Of a stretch of 19,898 bases of DNA, positions 1-8,738 are shown one piece after another. The DNA comes from Candidatus Sumerlaeota bacterium. GTDB taxonomy: Bacteria; Sumerlaeota; Sumerlaeia; JAPLSS01. The number at the start of each line of letters is the position of its first letter. The stretch's first letter is position 1. A program made the translations under genes and the position numbers. The stretch covers positions 1-19,898 of the forward strand of contig JAPLSS010000504.1 in assembly GCA_026398515.1 (NCBI GenBank), read 5' to 3'. The notes beneath the pieces were generated by a model, which ran no database searches, had not been told where the DNA came from, and was given only the letters and a program-made list of their open reading frames with translations.

Positions 1-163
1 CACCAGATTCCAAAACTCATCCGAAATCTCCCACGGGTGTGTGCGCGCCATGGCTGGCCTCCGTCTGCAGGATTGACAGCAGATGGATCATCCAAGAGGA
101 GGCCCGAATTTTCAAGCCATTTATTTATAGATAAGCTCTTAATAGTTGTTAGGTGGATCTACC

Positions 164-655
164 ATGATTCCCGAGCTTCTCAATAGCTACGTTCTCGCCC
201 TCGGCGACGTTCGCGGCGCGGTGGAGGAACTTGATGAGGAGGCAATGGTCCGGCAGTTCCCTGGGGTTCCGAATCACCCTACGTGGACGATCGGCCACCT
301 CGTCTACAGCGCGGAGGCTATTGGCGGCGAACTCGGCCTCCCGCCATGGCTTCCGCCATCTTGGATGGCTCTGTTCGGTACTGGTTCCATCCCACAGTCC
401 ACGGCTTCGGCGTATCCATCCCGCGCCGAACTGCTCGGTGCTCTCACTGACGCGGAAGCTCGGATCACGCGAGCTCTCGCGGCCTTGTCGCCCGAGGCGC
501 TGTCGACTCCTCTCCCAGATGTCCGGTATCGCTCCATATTCCCTACCGTAGGCCATGCGGCAGTCCATGTCCTTTCCGGCCATACGTCCTTCCATCTCGG
601 GCAGCTCAGTCTGTGGCGCCGAGCGGCAGGCCTGCCATGCCGCGGAGCGTCGTAG
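164..655 (+). CDS. DinB/YfiT-like (DinB_2 superfamily) metal-dependent protein
   Basis: ORF with GC3-rich codon usage. RBS AGGTGGA (151-157) lies 7 nt before ATG 164; the TTG at 146 is the alternative start used by the ORF track. His-rich motifs IGHLVY... and HAAVHVLSGHTSFHLGQL resemble the His triad and HxxxHxGQ of DinB_2 proteins. Confidence 0.55.
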   Translation: MIPELLNSYVLALGDVRGAVEELDEEAMVRQFPGVPNHPTWTIGHLVYSAEAIGGELGLPPWLPPSWMALFGTGSIPQSTASAYPSRAELLGALTDAEARITRALAALSPEALSTPLPDVRYRSIFPTVGHAAVHVLSGHTSFHLGQLSLWRRAAGLPCRGAS

Positions 656-742
656 CGCAACTGGCAGGGGTCCACCTAACCACGCGTTGCAGCGGACTCG
701 CTCCGCTCGCCGCTGAACGCGGTATCGCTATGCCTGAAGAAG

Positions 743-1141
743 ATGAAGACACCATCGCCCGCAAGACAACTTGAAGTGCCGAACGAGACGATAGAACGAC
801 TGGAGAACGCTCCGTTCGCCGACTTTCGCATTCAGGCGGTTTTCGACGCGCTCCAGGCTCTCGGCTTCGGAGGCAATATCCGGCGCCGCGTCGCACAGGC
901 GAATGAGATAAAGAAGGCGCTTGCGCCGCGCGATGCACGCGGGGGGGTCAGGGACAGGCAACGAAATCCCACGAGGGAGAGAGCGATGGCGGGCGTCTTC
1001 GGGCCGCGAAGGCTCGGGCGTTCGCGCGTTCGGGACGAGCGCCGCTTCCCGCTTGCTCCACTCGAGGCCATGGCATATTCTAGTGGAAACGGTGAGAGTT
1101 GGCGCGTCACGAACAGGGGAGGGGGAAGGGAGCCACAATGA
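743..1141 (+). CDS. hypothetical protein (Arg-rich C-terminus); possibly co-transcribed with hicB
   Basis: ORF ends TGA 1139-1141, overlapping the hicB ATG at 1138 as ATGA, a typical translational-coupling overlap. The N-terminal half looks protein-like. The C-terminal half is low-complexity and R-rich, and GC3 is only moderate, so coding status is uncertain. An antisense ORF 728-1138 competes. Confidence 0.3.
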   Translation: MKTPSPARQLEVPNETIERLENAPFADFRIQAVFDALQALGFGGNIRRRVAQANEIKKALAPRDARGGVRDRQRNPTRERAMAGVFGPRRLGRSRVRDERRFPLAPLEAMAYSSGNGESWRVTNRGGGREPQ

Positions 1142-1356
1142 AAGCGGAATTCACGGCCATCATTGAACCCGCGCCTGAAGGCGGCTACTGGGCCATATGC
1201 CCGGAAATCCCTGGCGCCAATGGACAGGGCGAAACGATTGAGGAAACCAAGAACAGCCTGCGGCAGGCGATTGAGTTGATTCTGGAGGATCGCCGGGCCG
1301 ACATCCTCCGCGGTCTGCCCGAAGACGCCATCCAGGAAAAGGTGCTGATCGGATGA
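1138..1356 (+). CDS. hicB: HicB-family antitoxin (UPF0150/YcfA-like)
   Basis: MKAEFTAIIEPAPEGGYWAICPEIPGANGQGETIEETKNSLRQAIELILE is the classic HicB N-terminal RNase-H-like-fold signature. A G-rich RBS (GGGAGGGGGAAGGGAG) sits directly upstream of ATG 1138. Confidence 0.8.
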   Translation: MKAEFTAIIEPAPEGGYWAICPEIPGANGQGETIEETKNSLRQAIELILEDRRADILRGLPEDAIQEKVLIG

Positions 1357-1466
1357 AACGGCGGGATCTCGAACGTAACTTGCGTCTCGTCGGCTGCTAA
1401 TGGAGATGGTTCTATGGGAGTCATGGCGGAATCTATGGTGGCTTACGCTCAGCCGCTGCTCGATGA
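1353..1466 (+). pseudogene. hicA: hicA toxin remnant (in-frame TAA stop at 1398-1400, degenerate downstream)
   Basis: ATG 1353 overlaps the hicB stop as ATGA. Translation gives MKRRDLERNLRLVGC*WRWFYGSHGGIY.... This matches the HicA N-terminus pattern MKxxDLxxxLxxxGC/W followed ~6 aa later by the GSHH motif (here GSHGG), but it is interrupted by TAA after 15 codons. The remainder is overlapped by the next gene. Confidence 0.45.
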
Positions 1467-1830
1467 AACGGACGGCTCGCCAGCCCAGGTGCAGAACGCG
1501 TTGACGCTGGCCCAGCTCTGCTGGAATCTGGCTTTGCTGCCAGAGTTAGGGAGCGATGACAGCCTCTCCGAGATGCGGAAGGCCCTCAAGATGGATGAGG
1601 ACGAGTTCGAGGGGTTTCGGCGCGACATCATCCTGCCGATGATCCAGAGGCATCACGAGATGTTCCCGGGCTTGGCCCCGATTGGATCGATGGACGAATC
1701 GGGAGGACTGCCGGTCCCGCGGACGCGCCCGGCGACAGCATCGCGTGCCGGGAAGTTCCCCGGGACTGGGCGCAATGAACCCTGTCCCTGCAACAGCGGG
1801 AAAAAGTATAAACGGTGTTGCGGGCGGTGA
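1414..1830 (+). CDS. SEC-C motif (SecA C-terminal metal-binding-like) domain protein
   Basis: The C-terminus NEPCPCNSGKKYKRCCG is a textbook SEC-C zinc-binding motif. Codon usage is GC3-rich. The start could alternatively be ATG 1423 or 1435. Confidence 0.7.
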   Translation: MGVMAESMVAYAQPLLDETDGSPAQVQNALTLAQLCWNLALLPELGSDDSLSEMRKALKMDEDEFEGFRRDIILPMIQRHHEMFPGLAPIGSMDESGGLPVPRTRPATASRAGKFPGTGRNEPCPCNSGKKYKRCCGR

Positions 1831-1921
1831 ATGTCGTGGCGCTTTGTGGCGAATTGCCCTTGGGCGGATTCGAGGGCGGCAACTCATGGCCCTTCGCGAC
1901 ACCCGGAGAGAGATGAATATC

Positions 1922-2016
1922 GGCGGTTGAGTAGCGCCGGTCGCCTGACCGGTAATTCCTAGCCATGCCGCCCATTGGATCATTACCGGTCAGGCGACCG
2001 GCGCTACTCAACCGCC
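1922..2016. repeat. perfect 35-bp inverted repeat flanking a 25-nt core (long hairpin/cruciform element)
   Basis: 1922-1956 (ggcggttgagtagcgccggtcgcctgaccggtaat) is the exact reverse complement of 1982-2016. Each arm also contains a small internal hairpin, ccggtc-gcct-gaccgg. It is intergenic, between the SEC-C gene and sdhB. Confidence 0.85.
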
Positions 2017-2102
2017 AGATGAATAGAGATGGTTGCATCGCGACGCGCTGATCCCCATAATGCCGGCGCTGATTTGGGGCAAGGCCCCGAGAAGGAGATC
2101 CA

Positions 2103-2870
2103 ATGTCTGAGAAGAAGATGAACCTCACCCTGCGCGTGTGGCGCCAAGCTGGGCCGAGCGCCCGCGGGCGTTTTGAAACCTACCCGGCGAAGAACGTTTC
2201 GCCCGACATGTCGTTCCTGGAGATGCTCGACGCGGTCAACAACGACCTGCTCCTCCAGGGGATCGAGCCGATCGCCTTCGACAACGATTGCCGCGAGGGG
2301 ATCTGCGGGACGTGCGGCATCGTCATCAACGGCAAGGCGCACGGACGCGATCGCGGCGGCACGGTCTGCCAGCTGCACATGCGCGGCTTCCGCGACGGCG
2401 AGATGCTGACCGTCGAGCCGTGGCGCGCCAAGGCCTTCCCCATCGTCAAGGACCTGGTGGTGGACCGCTCGGCGTTCGACCGCGTCATTCTGGCCGGCGG
2501 CTACATCTCGACCCACACCGGCGCGGCTCCCGAGGCCAACGCCATTCTGATCCCCAAGGCTAAGGCCGAATTGGCGATGGACGCCGCGGCCTGCATCGGC
2601 TGCGGGGCGTGCGTGGCCTCCTGCCCCAACGCCTCGGCCTCGCTGTTCGTGAGCGCGAAGATCTCCCACCTGGCGCTCCTGCCGCAGGGCCATCCGGAAC
2701 GCGGGAAGCGGGCGCTGGCGATGGTGGCGGCGATGGACCGCGAAGGGTTCGGCCATTGCACGAACATCAGCGAGTGCGAGGCCGTCTGCCCCAAGGAGAT
2801 CTCGGTGTCCAACATCGCGCGGATGAACCGGGAGTATCTGTGGGCGTTGGCGAGTTATTCGGCGGATTGA
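2103..2870 (+). CDS. sdhB: succinate dehydrogenase/fumarate reductase iron-sulfur subunit
   Basis: Strong RBS GAAGGAGA lies 6 nt upstream of ATG 2103. Three cysteine clusters are present. [10 protein letters not shown] is the 2Fe-2S cluster, [12 protein letters not shown] the 4Fe-4S cluster, and [13 protein letters not shown] the 3Fe-4S cluster. Size of 255 aa is typical. Confidence 0.9.
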   Translation: MSEKKMNLTLRVWRQAGPSARGRFETYPAKNVSPDMSFLEMLDAVNNDLLLQGIEPIAFDNDCREGICGTCGIVINGKAHGRDRGGTVCQLHMRGFRDGEMLTVEPWRAKAFPIVKDLVVDRSAFDRVILAGGYISTHTGAAPEANAILIPKAKAELAMDAAACIGCGACVASCPNASASLFVSAKISHLALLPQGHPERGKRALAMVAAMDREGFGHCTNISECEAVCPKEISVSNIARMNREYLWALASYSAD

Positions 2871-3177
2871 CTTGGATTTCTCACCAGGCACGGTTCAGTT
2901 GCGGTTCCTGGGGGCGCGGGCGTCCTCACTCGCCATGAACCGCGTCGGATTTGGATTGATGGCGGTTGAAGCGATGCGGCGGCGACTCGCGTCGGCGGAC
3001 AGAAGGTTATGCTCAGCCCCGAGTAGTTCTTTCGGACGCTCATCATAAACTCAATCAACCCGCGATGGGCCTAGCCCGCCGCGCCGGTCCGCCAGGGCTC
3101 GCCGGCGTCGCCTTCCTTGTTGAACGACCACGGATGTCCAACGTCCGTCTGTCTCATGCGCGTATCCTTTCCCATTC

Positions 3178-4590
3178 TCATTCCAGCGCGAACCAGCTCA
3201 CCGAATACGGATGCAGCGTTCCTTCGCCCTTGTCGATCGACCGAATGTCGCCCCCGGCGCTGGACAACTTGTCGGACCAATAGGCCTTCTTTAGCGCCGG
3301 TTTCAAAACGGCGCCGTTCATCGTCACACTTCCGATTTGCGCGGCGCTCTTGTCGAGATTCAGGGTAAACAGGCATTTCTGTTTGTTGTCTTCGAAGTAA
3401 TACGCCTTCACCTCCGGGGAACCGCTCACGAGAGCCGGAGCATACTTCGTATTCTTGATATTCGACAGCAGTTGAAAGGCGTAATAGGCGGGGTTGACCC
3501 GATAACCGCTCCGCGGGTCGCGATTGTCATTGAGGCTCAGCGGATCATGGCTGTAGGAGCTTCCGAATTTCATATATTCCAGCGACTGATAGAAGCCCGG
3601 GTGGCGGAAATTATAGTCCGTGACATAGAGCAAGTACCAGCAGGTGTGGATGAACTGCAACATTGTGCCGCCATACGCCGACTTGGCTCCTCCCGGGCTT
3701 CCCAAGTCCACCATTCCCCACTGATCGATGTTCCAGTGGCTCGAATACCGCGCCAGCGCGGCATTATCCTTCTCAAGGCGCGCCATGAAAGCCTTCAATT
3801 CGCCCAGTCCCTCGTCGAACTGTTCGTCAACGCTCGCTCTCGGCTGGACGACGTTGCGACACCATTGATACTGCGTCATCCCATCGATGTCGTCGAGTTT
3901 CGCCACCGTAGCATTCCACTGCGCGGAGTAGGCCGTCGCCTTCGCCGAATCCACCGGCGCGGCCCAGGCGAAGATTTTCACCTCGGGATGCTTCGAGCGG
4001 AGCATGGCGATGTATCTCTTCGCGCGTTCCGCATACTCTTCCGCCGTCATAATGCGGCCCCCTCCCAGCTGCAATTCCACTCCGAGGATCACGGAGGCCA
4101 CCCGCACGCCGGCGCCCTTGATTTCCTTCAAGGCGCGATCGATCTCGTCCACCGTGCCGTGCCACACGTTCGCGTTTACGATGGCGTCGGCGTTCGTGTC
4201 CTTGCACAGGGCGATGAACTTAGTCAGGAAATTCTCCGTGGCCTGCATGCTCGCGGCATGGCGCTGGGAGGCCGCCTGCGCGTATTCCTCCTTGTTGAAG
4301 CAGTATCCCACTCCCTTCGGATCGTAATGCCACCAATAGCTGAGGCTGCCCCCGGGGTATTGGAAATGCGTCACCCCCATGTCCTTCGCCAGCCGGGTGA
4401 ACTCCGGGTCGTGCGTATTCCAGTTCTCCAGATAGTGCTCGGTCATCATGCCAAAGATGGAATTGTTCACCTCGGACATCTGTGTCGTCGATACCGAGAT
4501 GTCGACGCGCCCGTCGGCCGCCGTAAGTGAGGATCCCGTGGAAACGCACAGAGCGCACAACAGCAAAATCGGACGTATCGCCCATTTCAT
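3178..4590 (-). CDS. secreted clan GH-A (TIM-barrel) glycoside hydrolase, family uncertain (GH39/GH51/GH79-like)
   Basis: Sec signal peptide MKWAIRPILLLCALCVSTGSSLTAADG, with RBS GGAAAGGAGG 8 nt upstream of ATG 4590. The ORF-track start at 4638 is further upstream. The FQYPGGSLSYWWHY motif resembles the R(F/Y)PGG motif of clan-A hydrolases. Family assignment is not possible without a search. Confidence 0.65.
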   Translation of the reverse strand: MKWAIRPILLLCALCVSTGSSLTAADGRVDISVSTTQMSEVNNSIFGMMTEHYLENWNTHDPEFTRLAKDMGVTHFQYPGGSLSYWWHYDPKGVGYCFNKEEYAQAASQRHAASMQATENFLTKFIALCKDTNADAIVNANVWHGTVDEIDRALKEIKGAGVRVASVILGVELQLGGGRIMTAEEYAERAKRYIAMLRSKHPEVKIFAWAAPVDSAKATAYSAQWNATVAKLDDIDGMTQYQWCRNVVQPRASVDEQFDEGLGELKAFMARLEKDNAALARYSSHWNIDQWGMVDLGSPGGAKSAYGGTMLQFIHTCWYLLYVTDYNFRHPGFYQSLEYMKFGSSYSHDPLSLNDNRDPRSGYRVNPAYYAFQLLSNIKNTKYAPALVSGSPEVKAYYFEDNKQKCLFTLNLDKSAAQIGSVTMNGAVLKPALKKAYWSDKLSSAGGDIRSIDKGEGTLHPYSVSWFALE

Positions 4591-4715
4591 GGAACAGGCC
4601 TCCTTTCCGGTCTGGCGCCTTGCGGATGCTTGGCCCAATGCTCTCTCCCGCCTCGCTGGTTGCTCTGAAGGGTTGTGAACAGCGGCTTCCGCGACTCGTG
4701 GTCCGCTCCCGTCCG

Positions 4716-7247
4716 TCAGTCATAATCCCGCCAGGAGGAGATTCCGGAGTGGTCCGACCCGGAGGGGCGCTCGGAGACGATCGTGCCCATGGTGCTGACG
4801 GCGGTGTATTCGAAGTCCGGCTCCACGGCCAGCTGGACCGCGAATCCCGCCGCTCCCTGGTAATAGGCGCTGGAGTAAGTGGTGAACGCGGACCAATCCG
4901 TGGATCGACGCAGGAACACGTCATCGGTCCCCGACGACGAGGCGGAGCCTGTCACCCACAACGCTCCGTTCGCGCCGCACGCGCACGCGGCGGGATTGGC
5001 CACGCCCAGGTTGTTGACGACGGGGGTCGTGTCGGCGTAGTCGAGCCGGTAGAAAGCGCTATCCGTAGCCACAAACAGCTTGGTCGTGTCGGTGGGCGGG
5101 ACGGCCAGGCTTCCTGAGTTCTTGCCTGAGGTCTTGTTCCAGATTTTGGTCCAGTTCTGGCCGGAATCCGTCGAGCGCCAGACGCCGGTGGAATGGTCAT
5201 AGTAGTAGGCCAATGACGTCCCGGAAGGCCACGCAAACGGCGTCCCTTTGTCGTTCGGCGAGGAAATGGGGGGCCCGCCGCCGGTCAGGACCCAACTGCC
5301 GCCAGCGGCCAAGCGCCAGATCCCGCTGCCTTCGACCGCCGCCAGGATCACCTGCGAGCCGGCGGGGTACTCTACTTCCACGCCGTGCGGCGTCTTGCCG
5401 CTGGTTTTGTCCAGGAGCGATTTGCCGTCGGTCCCGGCGGGTTCCGTCCACGTCTTGCTGGAGGGGGTGAAGCGCCAGACGGCGCCGTCGGGGTCATCGC
5501 CGACGGCCACGTACACGTCGCCATTCGCGCCGTCCACGTCGACGCCGCGGACCAACGGCTTGGCGCCGGTCGGCGGCCTGGCGATGTAGGCCACCGACCG
5601 AGCGTGGTCGAACGAGCACCAGAGCCCGTTGTCGGTGTCGCCCACGTAGACGTATCCCGGATGGTTTGGATCGACGGCCACGGAGTTGTGAACCGCGAGG
5701 CCTGCTCCGATGACCGCGGGCTGCCACGCCGCGCCCCCATCCTTGGTCCGCCACATGCCCATCTGACCCACAACGTGGATGGTGTTCGTGTCGGCCGGGT
5801 TGATGAGGATCTGGTCGATCCCGAATTGGGTTCCGTCCAGCCTCTTCTCCTTCGACCAGCTGGCGGCGCAGCCGACGCCCTTGGCCGGGTCGCAACGCCA
5901 CCACGTTTCGCCGTTGCCCGCGGCCAGCGCGATGTCGACGGTGGTCGTGGCGGCGCTGCTGATGTTGACCCAGTTGAATCCCGAAGCGGCCTCCGCGTTC
6001 GTGCACTTCATCACCGTCGTATAGCGCCCGCTGCTTCCGCGCTCCTCCGGGGCGCAATTGCCCACGACGAGGATGTGGCTGCTTCCGTTGATGTAGCCGT
6101 CGATGGCGCACCACTTGGCCGTGGTGGTTCCGATGTTCAGGTTCGTCCAGGCCGTGTCGGCGGCGGCTGCGGAGGCGTTCTCCAGCCGCCGGATTCCCCC
6201 GGTGTTCGCGGCGACGTACAGACTGCCGCCCAGGGGCAGGATCTCCTCGGGGTTGGTCGGATTGGCGCCGCCGGTGAACTGCGTAGCCGCGCCCGCCGGG
6301 GTGACCCGATACACGCCCACGCCCTCAGCGGCCGCAAACAGGAACCCGCCGTCGAGCACGAGCCCCCTGATAACCACGCCGCTCAGCGCCAAGGTGGACC
6401 AATTCTGGCCGCCGTTCGTCGACTTCTTAATGCCCGTCAGCGTGCCCAGATAGACCGTGTTGACGTCGGCGGGGTCCACCGCGATCAGTTTGCCGACCGA
6501 GCGGGGATAGACCGTGCCGGTGGCCTGGACGGTGATGTCCGCGCCATAATGAACTCGCGACCACGTGACGCCAGTGTCCGTGGACTTGTAGAAGTTCCCT
6601 TGCGTGTCATTGCCCGCCGCGGCATAAAGCGTTCCTGACCCACTATGGTAGGTCGCCGAGGCGACGGCCCGGGCGCCGGTATCCTGGGGAATTCCCAGGG
6701 AGGACTGATACCACGTCTCGCCTCCGTCCACCGACCGTTGGATGCCCGCGACATCAGCGTTGGCCACCAGGATGGTGTCGCTCACTCGGACGATTCCGTC
6801 GACTTGTCCGCCGGCGTGCAGGCCGGAGGGATGGGATATTCCGTGCGGCCGGTCGTGTCGCACCGCGCTCCAAGTAGTTCCTGAGCCGTTGGCCGCTCCC
6901 ACTTCGAAGGCATAGGAGTGGTGATTCTCCAGCCCCGTCGCCGTGTACGTGGTCGGGCTAAGGGGAAGATCCGTGATTGTGGTGTACGGCTCGGCGGAGT
7001 TGGACGTCCTGTAACGCACCTGGTAGCTGATGGGATCGCCGCTGGCGGCGAGCCAATTCAGCGTCATCTGGAGGTCGCCCGGCTCGGTCGCCGGGTCGCC
7101 CCACGCCGGCGCTCCCGGCGCGGCCGCCATCGCCAGGCGGAACGAGAGGGCGGCCATGACAAGGGGTAACAGCAAGAGCCTCCTTGCCGCTGGAAGAAGA
7201 TCGGAGTCCAACGCAAGAAGGGCAGGGACCTTCCGTCTCTCGTTCAT
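4716..7247 (-). CDS. large secreted FN3 + BNR/Asp-box repeat protein (sialidase/GH74/sortilin-like beta-propeller)
   Basis: Long N-terminal signal with hydrophobic core RRLLLLPLVMAALSFRLAMAAA. A fibronectin-III-like segment (YQVRYRTS...YTATGLENHHSYAFEV) is followed by at least 5 SxDxGxTW Asp-boxes: SVDGGETWY, STDTGVTWS, STNGGQNWS, TKDGGAAWQ and STDSGQNWT. The ATG at 7247 has GAGG upstream, and GTG 7280 is an alternative start. Confidence 0.7.
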   Translation of the reverse strand: MNERRKVPALLALDSDLLPAARRLLLLPLVMAALSFRLAMAAAPGAPAWGDPATEPGDLQMTLNWLAASGDPISYQVRYRTSNSAEPYTTITDLPLSPTTYTATGLENHHSYAFEVGAANGSGTTWSAVRHDRPHGISHPSGLHAGGQVDGIVRVSDTILVANADVAGIQRSVDGGETWYQSSLGIPQDTGARAVASATYHSGSGTLYAAAGNDTQGNFYKSTDTGVTWSRVHYGADITVQATGTVYPRSVGKLIAVDPADVNTVYLGTLTGIKKSTNGGQNWSTLALSGVVIRGLVLDGGFLFAAAEGVGVYRVTPAGAATQFTGGANPTNPEEILPLGGSLYVAANTGGIRRLENASAAAADTAWTNLNIGTTTAKWCAIDGYINGSSHILVVGNCAPEERGSSGRYTTVMKCTNAEAASGFNWVNISSAATTTVDIALAAGNGETWWRCDPAKGVGCAASWSKEKRLDGTQFGIDQILINPADTNTIHVVGQMGMWRTKDGGAAWQPAVIGAGLAVHNSVAVDPNHPGYVYVGDTDNGLWCSFDHARSVAYIARPPTGAKPLVRGVDVDGANGDVYVAVGDDPDGAVWRFTPSSKTWTEPAGTDGKSLLDKTSGKTPHGVEVEYPAGSQVILAAVEGSGIWRLAAGGSWVLTGGGPPISSPNDKGTPFAWPSGTSLAYYYDHSTGVWRSTDSGQNWTKIWNKTSGKNSGSLAVPPTDTTKLFVATDSAFYRLDYADTTPVVNNLGVANPAACACGANGALWVTGSASSSGTDDVFLRRSTDWSAFTTYSSAYYQGAAGFAVQLAVEPDFEYTAVSTMGTIVSERPSGSDHSGISSWRDYD

Positions 7248-7466
7248 GGCGATGGCCTCATTGAGGAGTTGGGATTCCACCGATTTAGACTACATCCGTC
7301 CGCATGATCCTCACATGATGAAATGGGCCGGCGATCAGGGGTTTTCGCGCATCCCGGATGCGCCCCGAAACCACGCGATCCAAGCGCCGGGCCGTCCCAC
7401 GCCTCCCGTTTGGAACGAAGCCTCATGCCTGACTGTGGCGTCATCCGGTCGTTGCGTTGCTTTTGA

Positions 7467-8738
7467 CTACGCCTCGGCTTCGAGCGCGACCACGGCGATC
7501 TCGTTTTTGCCCGACCGGCCAAAGGGACGAGGCAGTGGCTGGGCGATGCCGTTGGCGTCCACCGTGCGGCAACGCAATTCGTATGGGCCCGGCGCCGCGG
7601 CCGTCGCCAGCGCGGCCCAGTGAACGAGGGTGTTGGGGATGGGCCAGGTGAACGGCTTCCCGGTCTCCGGGTCCATCTGCATCACCGGCGGCAGTTCGCC
7701 ATTGGGCAGATCGCCGCCCCATTTCTCCGGCGGCGGCAGGATGGCCGCGTCCTGCCAGTCGCCCTTGGCCAGATACGGATCGTTTTCCGCCATGGGCGCG
7801 CCGGCGGGCTTGATCCAGTATTGCGCCTTGCTCAAGCCCGAAGGCCCCACCTGCGCCAGACCCGTGATGGCGACGGGCTGTCCGGCCCGGACCTTCTTCG
7901 GCGTCTGGATGAAGCGCGCACAGGTTTTGATGGGGCTTTCGACGTCGTTGTTGCGTTCGGCGTAGCTGTCGTTGGACTGGGACGTGTTCGTCGCCAGGAT
8001 GCGGCGCAGCCACTTGATGGACCGGTTTCCGTAAAAACCCGGCGCGACGAGACGCACCGGTCCCCCGCCGGCCTGCGAGAGGAATTGGCCGTTCATCTTG
8101 TAACAGAGAATGACCGGCGCCTCCCCCGGCGCCTCCTCCAGGACCCGGCTGATAGGCAGCGAACTCTGGAAACAGTATTTGGGGTCGTCGCTATAGTCGC
8201 CGTAATAGAAGATGCGGCGGATGTTCCGCTTCGGCTCCGTCATCCAGAACACCTCGCGCAGCGGCACGCCTTCCCACAGGCCCATGCCGTACGGTGTGGG
8301 CGCGTTGGTGCAGGAGAGCACATGGAGAAATCGCACGGCGCGCGTCTCCGCCAGTTTCATGAGGGCCGGAAAATCCAGCGCGTTGCCCCGTTCGTTCGAG
8401 AGCGGATTGCCCATTTCGGAATCGCTGTCGGGGTCGGGGACGATTTCCAACCGCCAGGTTTCGGGGGTCAGGCCGAGAGACGGCAGTTGATCCGCCGGCA
8501 GTGTGTCAATGCGCGGGTTTCCGCGTCCGCCCTGCCTCCGGAACTTGCTCAAGGGCGTCAGGTATTCGAGTTCGCTGACGGCCTCGACCAGAAGCGGGTC
8601 CGAGACCACTTGTGTCTGCGCTTGCTTCGCCCAAACCGCCGGGGCGGGCAGCACGGCCGCGGCGCCCGCGCCCAATTGGAGAAAAAACCGGCGCGTCAGG
8701 GAGGCGTGCTCTGAGGCGAAATGCTCCGGTCTGTCCAT
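7467..8738 (-). CDS. TAT-exported sulfite-oxidase-family molybdopterin oxidoreductase
   Basis: Twin-arginine signal SLTRRFFLQLGAGAAAVLPAPAVWA. The Moco-domain motif FLHVLSCTNAPTPYGMGLWEGVPLREV carries the conserved Cys in a C-x-N context followed by W.GVPL, as in the SO/YedY family. Its ~420 aa suit a Moco domain plus dimerisation domain. Confidence 0.6.
   Translation of the reverse strand: MDRPEHFASEHASLTRRFFLQLGAGAAAVLPAPAVWAKQAQTQVVSDPLLVEAVSELEYLTPLSKFRRQGGRGNPRIDTLPADQLPSLGLTPETWRLEIVPDPDSDSEMGNPLSNERGNALDFPALMKLAETRAVRFLHVLSCTNAPTPYGMGLWEGVPLREVFWMTEPKRNIRRIFYYGDYSDDPKYCFQSSLPISRVLEEAPGEAPVILCYKMNGQFLSQAGGGPVRLVAPGFYGNRSIKWLRRILATNTSQSNDSYAERNNDVESPIKTCARFIQTPKKVRAGQPVAITGLAQVGPSGLSKAQYWIKPAGAPMAENDPYLAKGDWQDAAILPPPEKWGGDLPNGELPPVMQMDPETGKPFTWPIPNTLVHWAALATAAAPGPYELRCRTVDANGIAQPLPRPFGRSGKNEIAVVALEAEA

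Noticed and set aside
728-1138. 136-aa ORF on the minus strand opposite the 743-1141 (+) ORF
   Set aside because: The two are mutually exclusive. The + ORF is favoured only because its stop overlaps the hicB start as ATGA. Neither has strong coding statistics, so the + ORF is reported at low confidence and this one is dropped.
3337-4530. 397-aa ORF on the + strand
   Set aside because: It is antisense to the glycoside-hydrolase gene, which has a signal peptide, RBS and GH-A motifs. Its translation is R/H/V-rich with no recognisable motifs.
5385-6638. 417-aa ORF (+) and several other long ORFs (5494-6114 -, 5248-5589 +, 6103-6453 +) inside the BNR-repeat gene region
   Set aside because: They lie antisense to or out of frame with a gene that has clear domain signatures (FN3, Asp-boxes). 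Their translations are Arg/Gly/Pro-rich low-complexity sequence, typical of spurious ORFs in high-GC DNA.
7620-8714. 364-aa ORF (+) and 7441-8013 (-)
   Set aside because: They overlap the TAT Mo-oxidoreductase gene, which has a convincing RRxFLQ signal and a Moco motif. Their translations are low-complexity.
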